DNA of 32,000 bases. Origin: Pirellula staleyi DSM 6068. Its GTDB lineage: Bacteria; Planctomycetota; Planctomycetia; Pirellulales; Pirellulaceae. Below the pieces are notes generated by a model. That model did not search any database, had not been told where the DNA came from, and worked only from the letters and a program-made list of their open reading frames with translations. Where the stretch lies: assembly GCA_000025185.1 (NCBI GenBank), contig CP001848.1, positions 2,310,001-2,342,000 of the forward strand. The letters are read 5' to 3'. The position numbers and the translations under genes were made by a program. Shown here in pieces: positions 1 to 8,008 of this stretch. Every line of letters begins with the position of its first letter. Within the stretch, counting starts at the first letter, position 1.

Positions 1-2
1 CT

Positions 3-1172
3 GAAAAGCTCGAAGACATTTTAAAGAGGATCGACGAACTGGGAGGGCGTAATTCGTATGGACATTACGCAGCCGGATGGGCCGTAGCTGGCGACACCCC
101 ATTTACCTGGACCAAGCAAGTGGCATCAAGCTTTGGTGGCACTCGCAATGGGATGATTGTTCATTGGCCGAAAGGGATTAAATCGAAGAATGAGGTGCGC
201 AGCCAGTTCCACCATGTCATCGATATCGCCCCTACCGTGCTCGAAGCCTGCGGTTTGCCCGAACCACAAGAGGTTAATGGTTTCAAGCAGCGTCCCATCG
301 AAGGGGTGAGCATGGCCTATTCGTTCGAAGACGCGCAGGCAAAGGAACGGCACACAACACAGTACTTCGAAATCTTCTGCAATCGGGCAATCTACCACGA
401 CGGGTGGGTGGCCGGGACCGTGCATAAGGCCCCCTGGGAGCCTAAGCCTCGCGTCGATTCCTTCGATGACGACCGATGGGAACTTTACAACGTGGCCGAG
501 GACTTTAGCCAGTCAACGGACTTGGCGCAGAAGTACCCGGAGAAGTTGAAGGATCTCCAAGCTCTCTTCCTTAAAGAGGCGGAGGAGTTCCAAGTGCTAC
601 CACTGGACGATCGCCTGTTCGAGCGGTTCATCGCCTCGTTGGTGGGCCGTCCCGACCTTATGGAAGGTCGCACCTCGATGACCCTTCACGAGGGGATGAC
701 TGGCATGATGGATAACGTGTTCATCAACGTGAAAAACCGGTCGCACACAATCACCGCTGAGTTAGAAATTCCCCAGGGTGGGACCGAGGGGGTGATCATC
801 TGCCAAGGGGGCCGGTTCGGTGGGTGGAGCCTCTACACCAAAAGCGGAAAGTTGAACTACACATACAATTGGGTTGGCCTAGAACAGTACCAAATCACCA
901 CGGACAAGCCGCTACCCACCGGCAAGGTGATGGTCAGGTTCGAGTTCGTTTACGATGGTGGTGGGCTCGGCAAAGGGGGGAAGGGGACTCTGTTCGTAAA
1001 CGAAGAAAAAGTCGCCGAGAAACGGATCGAGCACACTGCGAGTGTCATTTTCTCACCCGACGAGACAGCGGACGTCGGTGTGGACGAGGCCACCAACGTG
1101 ACCAACGACTATCAGGAGCGGGACAACAAGTTCACCGGCAAGATCGAAAAAGTGATTGTTCGTCTTCAGTAG
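3..1172 (+). CDS. Sulfatase-family (arylsulfatase-like) protein, C-terminal part; the 5' end lies outside the window
   Basis: Frame 3 is open from the first bases of the window (EKLEDILKRIDELGGRNSYGHYAAGWAVAGDTPFTWTKQVASSFGGTRNGMIVHWP...) and runs into the 120..1172 ORF. The segments GGTRNG-VHWP, HHVIDIAPTVLEACGLP and NRAIYHDGW resemble the C-terminal half of type I sulfatases. Confidence 0.8.
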   Translation, partial: EKLEDILKRIDELGGRNSYGHYAAGWAVAGDTPFTWTKQVASSFGGTRNGMIVHWPKGIKSKNEVRSQFHHVIDIAPTVLEACGLPEPQEVNGFKQRPIEGVSMAYSFEDAQAKERHTTQYFEIFCNRAIYHDGWVAGTVHKAPWEPKPRVDSFDDDRWELYNVAEDFSQSTDLAQKYPEKLKDLQALFLKEAEEFQVLPLDDRLFERFIASLVGRPDLMEGRTSMTLHEGMTGMMDNVFINVKNRSHTITAELEIPQGGTEGVIICQGGRFGGWSLYTKSGKLNYTYNWVGLEQYQITTDKPLPTGKVMVRFEFVYDGGGLGKGGKGTLFVNEEKVAEKRIEHTASVIFSPDETADVGVDEATNVTNDYQERDNKFTGKIEKVIVRLQ

Positions 1173-1267
1173 TGAGGCAGTTCCGGTTCTGTTTAGTTGA
1201 TTTCGCAGGGGCTTTGGATTGGGCCCGAGTGATTTTCGAAGTAGGCAAGCCGATGCTTAGCCTGTAT

Positions 1268-2548
1268 CTAGATGTCCGACCAGGAATCGGGCGCCAATGT
1301 CTCGCAGCATGCGCCGCGGCCAAACCGCCAGGTTAACCCCAGGCCGATCCAATAGCTTTCGATGGACGAAGTAGTGAAATTGCCGAGTTGCTCCGTGTCG
1401 CGGAACATCCCGCCAGCCATCATATCCATGTCAATGCCGGGCAGCACATCGGTTACTCCAATACCAAAAGAGATGCGGTGTTGGCTGGTAATGGCTAGTA
1501 GGCCCTGTGTGTATCGTACGGCGGCCAAATCGCCGGGCTGTACGACGCCGCCGATATTGGCTCCCGGCGTATTGTCAATGGGATTCTCTGCCCAAGTGTA
1601 GCCGGTGCGAAATCGGTAGCGACCGTGCGTGAACTGTGCTCCGAGTTGCACAATCAATTGGTTGTCGTAGACAGCCTGATACATGTCGGCTTGATCCCAC
1701 AGCTTGTAAACAACATCCACCCCGAGCAGCAGACGTCCATCTATCATCGAGTTATTGGCCACACCAATCCCAATGTTCTGCGGAAGATCCATTTCCACGT
1801 CCGCGGAAGTTTGCCCCACGCCCGGATTTAGCAAAAAGGCGTTGTCGAATTCATAGGACTGAGCCGTCTGGTAATAGCCACCGATTGTCGTGCTATCCGT
1901 GAGCAAATAATTCATTCCAAGAGTCCCTCGCAAAGCGTAGTCGGAGGTCATTCCGCCAACGCCGACGAATGGGCCGTCAAAAAATGCAATCCCCAGCGAC
2001 AGACTCGCCCCAATCGCGAGTCGATCCGATAGGTCGACGCCTAGCGCGACGGGCATATTGAAAATCGTCTGACCCGTGTTGGTGCCGTGGCTTTCTGGAA
2101 CATGGCGGAAGTCGGCAAAACCGCCAGCCGTCGTGATGAAGCCAATGCCGAACGTGGCAGGCAGCCCCAGTTCACTTATGTCCTGAGTCAGGCCAATGTT
2201 TCCCAGAGGAGTTCCTGGGGCGGTTGACTTAGCGGAAAATGGCTCGATTAACGGCGTACCGATGCTTGGAATATTGCTGGTCTGCGTCAGGTTGAACGTG
2301 GGTTCGGCCCAGCCGCCACCAAAGATGAACTGAGTCCCGTGGAACTGCGTCAGTGCAGCAGGATTTGCATTAAGAGCACTGGTCAAGTCTTGCGGTCTCG
2401 CGATACTGACGCCACCCATGCCACCCGAGGCTGGCATTAAAGTGTTATGCAGTTCCACGCCAAACGACTGACCATAGGCGGCTGTGCCCCCGCCAAATAT
2501 GCACATCGCACATGTAAAGAACCAAAGCCCGAAACGTCTCATGGTCAT
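1268..2548 (-). CDS. Outer-membrane beta-barrel protein, FadL/TodX (OMPP1)-like
   Basis: I prefer the internal start MTMRRFGLWFFTCAMCIFGGGTAAYGQ, which gives a signal peptide. The N-terminal motif GGMGGVSIARPQDLTSALNANPAAL resembles the FadL family. The sequence shows alternating Gly/aromatic beta-strand patterns throughout, with a barrel-closing LTWRF near the C-terminus. It is convergent with the sulfatase gene. Confidence 0.6.
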   Translation of the reverse strand: MTMRRFGLWFFTCAMCIFGGGTAAYGQSFGVELHNTLMPASGGMGGVSIARPQDLTSALNANPAALTQFHGTQFIFGGGWAEPTFNLTQTSNIPSIGTPLIEPFSAKSTAPGTPLGNIGLTQDISELGLPATFGIGFITTAGGFADFRHVPESHGTNTGQTIFNMPVALGVDLSDRLAIGASLSLGIAFFDGPFVGVGGMTSDYALRGTLGMNYLLTDSTTIGGYYQTAQSYEFDNAFLLNPGVGQTSADVEMDLPQNIGIGVANNSMIDGRLLLGVDVVYKLWDQADMYQAVYDNQLIVQLGAQFTHGRYRFRTGYTWAENPIDNTPGANIGGVVQPGDLAAVRYTQGLLAITSQHRISFGIGVTDVLPGIDMDMMAGGMFRDTEQLGNFTTSSIESYWIGLGLTWRFGRGACCETLAPDSWSDI

Positions 2549-2859
2549 GGACCTTGTTGCATTGCGTTGCCGAACCGCTTGGGGCTTGTCGCATAAGCCC
2601 AAGGTTCGGAGTCAACAGCGATCGGCTAAGAGGTTCCTGGCTGTGTGGATCTGAAGACCCACACAGCTGGTCCCACTGAATTGCGTGTGCCATGAGCTTA
2701 AATCGGCATAAATCTATTTTTCCTCTTGTAGCGATTGTGCAGGCCGCAAAGTCTATCCAGGCTTCCAGGCTTACCGCTGGTCCATGCACGATGGATTGCA
2801 ACCAGTGGGGGCGTCGCGAGCCTTCTAAGACAGGGGCACGCGAGTATCGGTACTACTGA

Positions 2860-3414
2860 TGCGCTCGCTACAACTCCGCAGGACATCCTCGCGTTCGTCT
2901 GGTGGAATCGAAACTAGATCGGCAAATGCTCGATCTGTTTCAGACGATGCGAATTGAAGATGAGGGAGTTCGCCGCTGGGTGGTCGAAGTGCTTCGTGCC
3001 AAGTCCACAACTGCGGAGCAAGATGCGACGGCTGAGCGCGATGAGCTGCAGCGAGAACTCGACGCTGTTCGGAAGCAGAAAGATCGTCTGCTAAGCCTGC
3101 GTCTCCTCGATGAGATTGAGTCGGAGACTTTTGCAGCGAAGCAGTCGAAGAAAACGAAGCTGCAAACGCGACTCGAAGGAACTGCTCGTCAGCAGTCGGA
3201 AAGAGGCGATTGGGCGGTGAAAGTGTTTGAACTTTCGCAAGCTCTTGGGGCTAAATGGCTTGCGGCCGATATCGCAGAAAAGCGACTGCTTCTAGAAATC
3301 GTCTGTTTGAACTTGAAGCTCGTCGACGTAACTCTAGTCCCAGAAATGAGAAAGCCCTTCGACATGCTCGCCGAAGGGCTTCTTATCTCATCAAGTCGGG
3401 GTGACTGGATTTGA
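2860..3414 (+). pseudogene. Remnant of a large serine recombinase (C-terminal coiled-coil part only; catalytic N-terminus missing)
   Basis: The frame opens just after a TGA at 2857 and has only a GTG start. The translation (DELQRELDAVRKQKDRLLSLRLLDEIESETFAAK ... EKRLLLEIVCLNLKLVDVTLVPEMRKPFDML) resembles the coiled-coil C-terminal region of large serine recombinases. No resolvase catalytic domain lies upstream. The last 19 nt overlap the 3' end of the tRNA-Pro. Confidence 0.5.
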
Positions 3415-3470
3415 ACCAGCAACCTTCTGCACCCCATGCAGACGCGCTATCCAGGTTACGCTACACCCCG
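3396..3470 (-). tRNA. tRNA-Pro (anticodon GGG)
   Basis: The reverse complement reads CGGGGTG-TA-GCGT-AACCTGGATA-GCGC-G-TCTGC-ATGGGGT-GCAGA-AGGTT-GCTGG-TTCAAAT-CCAGT-CACCCCG-A. This gives a 7-bp acceptor stem, a D arm, a 5-bp anticodon stem with a 7-nt loop carrying GGG, a canonical T arm and a discriminator A. CCA is not encoded. Length is 75 nt. Confidence 0.9.
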
Positions 3471-3771
3471 ATGGTGTTTCTTGAGGAATGAAAGGGGAGG
3501 GTGCTTGTGGAGGCTTAGCCTGTCACAAACATCGCTGGGAAGCGTCTGGAGAAGGGACACTTCACTACCCGACCGGTTCACTCAAGTCCCGAATTATGCC
3601 AGATGGGAAACGTTGCTGCAATGCGGCTAATCAGCTCGTTGCTGCTGGGCATCCGGTACGATGCTTTCAGCCAACAGTCGTGGCATCGAGTGCAGTCGGA
3701 CTCCGCTGCGCTAAGATTGGCCCAGCCGTTGTGCGCGGCAGCGGCGCTGTAACGCTAATTCTCAAAGTAGT

Positions 3772-5448
3772 TTAGGAGAATAGTCGTACCAGGAAGACGA
3801 CAAACACCGTAACCAGAATGACCACCGAAGCGAGTCCGCAAAGGATGCCGACAAACTGATAGAGGTCGTTGATTTGGACCGACAGCCGCGTCCATTCCAC
3901 TTCCTCTTGTTCCTCGGTCAGTTTTTCAAAGACCCCGCGCACAAACGCCTGCTGATCTTCGGTGTCGCCGGTGGCGGCGAAGTAACAGCCACTGAAAGCG
4001 ATCGGTTCGGCTGGATTCTTTTGGTTTGATTCGTAGCCAAAGCCCCCGGAGAGAACTTCGCGGAGAACGCCAGCAAGGTTCGAGCGCATCTGGCAGAGCA
4101 GACCGTAGAGTCGCGTATTGCCGGGGCGCGAGAGGGCTTCTGCTTCGCGGAAGAGGGTGTGAATCCAGTCTTCAAAGACCCCGGTGATTTGTCCACAAAG
4201 ATTTGTCACCTGTTCGGCGGTGGCGATCATGCGGACATCGAAGCGGCGACCAAAACGCTGGGTGGCAGCTCGTTCGCGTCCCACGCGGCGAACCAGTTCG
4301 CGAAAGCCACGCTGATTTTGCATGCCGGTGATGAGAGCGGTGACAGGGCAGCGGACCGTGAGTTCGTTTTGAATGATCGTGAGATCGGCGCGCACGGCAC
4401 GCTGCATCTCTTGCGTTTCGCGCTGGGTCGCCTGGAATACGTCGAATGGGAGCAGTGTGAGGACACCATTGAGCGGGCACAAGGGCCGACGTCCGCGACG
4501 CAGGAGTTGGCAAACGTATTCGAGCCGCTGCTGTTGTCGCGACGACTCTTGCGGCGAGAGCAGGGCAGGCTGATCGCTGACCGACGACGAAACGGAGGGG
4601 ACAAAATCGTCTTTGTCGTCGACCTCTTGGCTGCTCGATTGGGCTGAAGCTTCAGCAGCGGCAGCGAGCGATTGTTTTTCCATGACGAACTGATCGAGCA
4701 TGATCGTGCCACGATTGCGTTCGGCCCGTTTGGCGGGTGCGGGTGTCGAGGCCGTGGTGTTGATTGGCGCAACCGGTGCCGGAACTATGTTTTGCGGCAT
4801 CGAGAGGTCGGTGGGTGGCGCGCCCGAAGCGATGAGTTCGTTGCGACGTTTTTCGACGAGCGCCGCAAGCGAACTGGCCCAGCTTGCCTGGGTGCAAAAC
4901 AGATAGATTCCGTCGGGACCGGCATACCAGTGCAGCGGCGCAGGACCATCGGGAAGTTCTCGCATCCGCAGCGCTACGCCCGAGGCTCGCATGAGCGAAC
5001 GTTCCTGATTAATTCCGGGAGTGCCGACAATCAGAAACAAGGGCGCGCTGCTGAGAGAAAGACCGCTCCGCGAAAGTTGCTCGAGCCCCGTTTGCCAGGC
5101 GTAGTCGATATCGGGAAAAGGAGATTTGTCCCCTTCCATCCAGAGTCGAATGGCGTAGTAAAGCACGATTGGAATCGTGATGACGAGCATCACTTCGAGC
5201 GTCACCCGGAGCCACGACATCGAATGTCGCCACGGGACATTGTTGCTATCGACGAGAAAAACGATCCAAACCGTGATCAGCAGAATGGTGAGGACGAGAC
5301 TGGTGAGGCAACTAGCGCAGCCGGCTGTCGTAATCTTGCTGGGCCACGCCATCAGCCGCGCAAAGAACCCGGGCTGAGCGGGCGCTTTCGCCTTCTTCTC
5401 GGGCTTCTTTTCGGGTTTGGTTTCTTCAGCGGGTGCTTCGTCGCTCAT
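3772..5448 (-). CDS. tssM: TssM/IcmF-like T6SS membrane protein, short form (TM1-TM2, cytoplasmic domain, TM3, then stop)
   Basis: Two N-terminal TM helices are present (CLTSLVLTILLITVWIVFLV and VMLVITIPIVLYYAIRLW). PLFLIVGTPGINQERS sits at the position of the IcmF P-loop but lacks GK[ST]. HWYAGPDGIYLFCTQAS matches the DWWFT..AVLIDTAGRY region. RRPLCPLNGVLTLLPF matches the ImcF-related N-domain motif, and GCYFAATG matches YFTSG. A final TM helix (ILCGLASVVILVTVFVVFLV) comes 5 residues before the stop. Confidence 0.8.
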   Translation of the reverse strand: MSDEAPAEETKPEKKPEKKAKAPAQPGFFARLMAWPSKITTAGCASCLTSLVLTILLITVWIVFLVDSNNVPWRHSMSWLRVTLEVMLVITIPIVLYYAIRLWMEGDKSPFPDIDYAWQTGLEQLSRSGLSLSSAPLFLIVGTPGINQERSLMRASGVALRMRELPDGPAPLHWYAGPDGIYLFCTQASWASSLAALVEKRRNELIASGAPPTDLSMPQNIVPAPVAPINTTASTPAPAKRAERNRGTIMLDQFVMEKQSLAAAAEASAQSSSQEVDDKDDFVPSVSSSVSDQPALLSPQESSRQQQRLEYVCQLLRRGRRPLCPLNGVLTLLPFDVFQATQRETQEMQRAVRADLTIIQNELTVRCPVTALITGMQNQRGFRELVRRVGRERAATQRFGRRFDVRMIATAEQVTNLCGQITGVFEDWIHTLFREAEALSRPGNTRLYGLLCQMRSNLAGVLREVLSGGFGYESNQKNPAEPIAFSGCYFAATGDTEDQQAFVRGVFEKLTEEQEEVEWTRLSVQINDLYQFVGILCGLASVVILVTVFVVFLVRLFS

Positions 5449-5566
5449 GTGACTGCTCGTTCCGCAGATCCGTGGAACTTGTGCTTAAGGATTCAAGTGT
5501 TCTTCAGGAATTACTTGCGATTTTGTGGGGATTTCTTAAGGAGTAAGTTCAAAGTTGTTCAGGACG

Positions 5567-6199
5567 TTATCCGTAAAACAGATACACGGCTGAAGTGGCT
5601 GCAATGAGGATCATGGTGAGTCCCGACCACAGCAAGATCATGCGACCGCGCTGGGGTGGAGCACCGCTGATCTCGCGACGCTTCCCATTCATGTTGGGGC
5701 GACCTTGGCCAAGTCGCACCGACATCGAGGCCTGCTTGGCCCAACTTTCGATGTCGGGAGGGAGTCCCAGATTCTGGATCGAGTAGATCGCTAGTTCGGG
5801 ATCGCGATAGACGCCGCGAAAGCCGAGGACGACACAAACGTAGTAAACTTCCAGCGCATCACGCGACGTGAGTGACGATGCCTCTTTCGCCCGCTCGTAG
5901 AACTGTTCGTAGCAGGTACGAGTGCTGAAGAGTTCGACTTCGAGCACGTTGTTGCTCCACCAATCGCGCCCCTCCCACGGAGCATCGACCAGCATTTCGT
6001 CGGCCCACGAGCAAATGGCATACTTGGCGAGCTGCCAGTCGGGCGAACTGCCGAGAATCGCTTCGGCCTGATCGATGAGTGTGCGAATGCGCAGTCGCTC
6101 ATCTTGCGGGGAGAGTTTTTCCTCGCGCGCAATCCGATCGAGCACCGACAAGATGTGGAGCATGATCGGGTCGACGGCATGGGCAAACTTGGGCGTCAT
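5567..6199 (-). CDS. tssL: TssL (DotU-family) T6SS membrane protein
   Basis: Cytoplasmic DotU-like domain: the segment YAICSWADEMLVD ... ALEVYYVCVVLGFRGVYRD matches the LGF.G.Y signature. A single C-terminal TM anchor follows (MILLWSGLTMILIAATSAVYLFYG). There is no OmpA/peptidoglycan-binding extension. The gene lies between tssK and tssM. Confidence 0.85.
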   Translation of the reverse strand: MTPKFAHAVDPIMLHILSVLDRIAREEKLSPQDERLRIRTLIDQAEAILGSSPDWQLAKYAICSWADEMLVDAPWEGRDWWSNNVLEVELFSTRTCYEQFYERAKEASSLTSRDALEVYYVCVVLGFRGVYRDPELAIYSIQNLGLPPDIESWAKQASMSVRLGQGRPNMNGKRREISGAPPQRGRMILLWSGLTMILIAATSAVYLFYG

Positions 6200-6311
6200 C
6201 AGTGACCGGTCGAAGAAAGCTTCGTGCTATGGCTACTCTGTTTCGCTGTCAGTAGCGACGTCGCGCTTGGGGCGAAGCGTCGCTACTCCAGTGCCGCTAT
6301 CGTAGTGCGAA

Positions 6312-7784
6312 TCACTGTCTGTTGGGAACAGCGAATAGTGCGAACTGCAGCGGCACTTGTTTGCCACGATGCGAGATCACCATTTGGCGTTGGCCCTGCA
6401 GCCGATCGAGGTTCACGATCAGCGAATCCTTCAGACGCATTGCCAGCGTTTGGGTTGCTTGCACATCGCGCCAGGCGGGGGATTCGTTCTTGCTCACCTC
6501 GTAGTAAACCCACTCTTGCTGCACGGGCAGAGCACGAATCGCTCGATCCATCGGATTGAGCCGCACCCCTTCCGCACGCTGTTTGAACAGGATTTCCACC
6601 TGCCGACTGCTACCGAGTTTCCAGTCGAGTTGGCCGGGCGAAAGCAGGTCGCGGATTTCCTGGGTCGTGAGGTCACCCTTGTTCACTCCGACATACCACT
6701 GCCAATCGCTGTTGAACCACTTGGATTCGAGCGAAACTTGCATCCCCAGACCGACACCTTCGAAGTATCGCTGTTCGTACTCGTAGTCGCGCACCATGTT
6801 CAGCAGCGTTTCGATGCGCAGCTTCACGTCGCGGAAAATCTCGCACAGATTGTCGTGATCGTACGGAAGTACGGGATCGGTGCGTCGTTCGGGGGCAAAG
6901 ATCGAGAGTTGACCAACGATGCGGCAAAGCTCGGTGTAGGCCGCGATAGGATGCACCCCTTGCGCGAAGCCGAGAATTGCCAGTGCGTTGTAGGCCGCGT
7001 TGATTTCCGACAGCATCAGCAGACGATCGAGATCGCCCGGATGGCGGCTTTCGAGGCCGACACCGCGGCTGGTGATCTGGCCTGCTAGCACTTCGATTTT
7101 TTGGCCGATGACGTCGTAGATCGAGCGGACAATATCGCGTGCTAAATACTGCCAGGCATCGATCGCCACGACAGGCGGAATATAGCTGTCGTCGAGCTGG
7201 GGTCGCGCGTTGCTGGCGCTCGCACGCTTCACTTGCGCAATTGGCAAGCATTCGTAGCCGGTGCGATCTTGTGTCGAGAGCAGCAGTTTGACGTTGAGAT
7301 TGCGCAGCTCGATTTCTTGCTCGTTGCCACCCATCGCTTCGTCTTGCGAGAGCATGCGCTGCGAGATGTAGCGTGGTGGTGGTTCGGTGTCGGTGGTGTT
7401 GGCGACATTCGCGCGTCCCATTTTCAGTTTGGGAACGGCGAGATAGACCCGCACGACAGGCCGAGCATCGAAAGCTTCTTCGAGGCTCGCGAGCGCTTGA
7501 TTCATCGCTAGCACATCATCGCGCAGATTGAGGCGATCAGGTTCCTCGCCAAACTCTAGCGACACCAGTGTGCCATCTTGCATGCGGGCTTTGAGCACAC
7601 GCACTTCGAATTGATTGTTGGCGAGTGCTTCGCGACTGATATCGAGAGCGACAAGACCATAGTTGTAAGGATGATCCCACTGCTCGCCGGTGGCAGCATG
7701 TTCCGAGGCAGCGCGATCGGCTGCTTGGAAGTGGTGGGGCCTTAGGAAGAGACCTTCGTACCAATGGACCGGTAGATTCCGCAT
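6312..7784 (-). CDS. tssK: TssK T6SS baseplate protein
   Basis: The N-terminus PVHWYEGLFLRPHHFQAADR matches the conserved V.W.EG..L.PQHFQQ.D opening of TssK. The length (490 aa) fits. A GAGG lies 7 nt upstream of the ATG. It is first in a tssK-tssL-tssM series. Confidence 0.9.
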   Translation of the reverse strand: MRNLPVHWYEGLFLRPHHFQAADRAASEHAATGEQWDHPYNYGLVALDISREALANNQFEVRVLKARMQDGTLVSLEFGEEPDRLNLRDDVLAMNQALASLEEAFDARPVVRVYLAVPKLKMGRANVANTTDTEPPPRYISQRMLSQDEAMGGNEQEIELRNLNVKLLLSTQDRTGYECLPIAQVKRASASNARPQLDDSYIPPVVAIDAWQYLARDIVRSIYDVIGQKIEVLAGQITSRGVGLESRHPGDLDRLLMLSEINAAYNALAILGFAQGVHPIAAYTELCRIVGQLSIFAPERRTDPVLPYDHDNLCEIFRDVKLRIETLLNMVRDYEYEQRYFEGVGLGMQVSLESKWFNSDWQWYVGVNKGDLTTQEIRDLLSPGQLDWKLGSSRQVEILFKQRAEGVRLNPMDRAIRALPVQQEWVYYEVSKNESPAWRDVQATQTLAMRLKDSLIVNLDRLQGQRQMVISHRGKQVPLQFALFAVPNRQ

Positions 7785-8008
7785 GGAGACCTCAGGCTGG
7801 GGAGTAAAGGCACGCCCAAGTTATCAGAAACAGAAAAAAGTGGTAGTTCGTTCGATAAAAGGTGTCGTTACAGCCGATACATCCGGAAAGGTTTGCCTAA
7901 ACTGCACGACCGGTATTGCTAGCGACGATCGAGCTGGCTGATAGCGGCGGTGGAAAGGCAACATGTTCTTCCAGATTAAAAGCTTCGGAACCTGCTGTGG
8001 CTGCACCC

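Noticed and set aside
824-1336. 170-aa alternative-frame ORF overlapping the 3' end of the sulfatase gene.
   Set aside because: It lies out of frame inside a well-supported CDS, and its Arg-rich translation is typical of an off-frame artefact.
2792-2806. TGGATTGCAACCAGT resembles the T-arm region of the nearby tRNA-Pro (13 of 16 nt). It could be the second att repeat of a decayed island.
   Set aside because: Similarity is confined to the generically conserved T-loop and stops before the acceptor stem. It is too short and imperfect to call a direct repeat.
3488-3775. 95-aa plus-strand ORF between the tRNA and the tssM stop, checked as a possible remnant of the missing TssM periplasmic domain.
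   Set aside because: It is on the wrong strand relative to tssM, and its Gly/Cys/Arg-rich translation has no similarity to IcmF C-terminal sequence.
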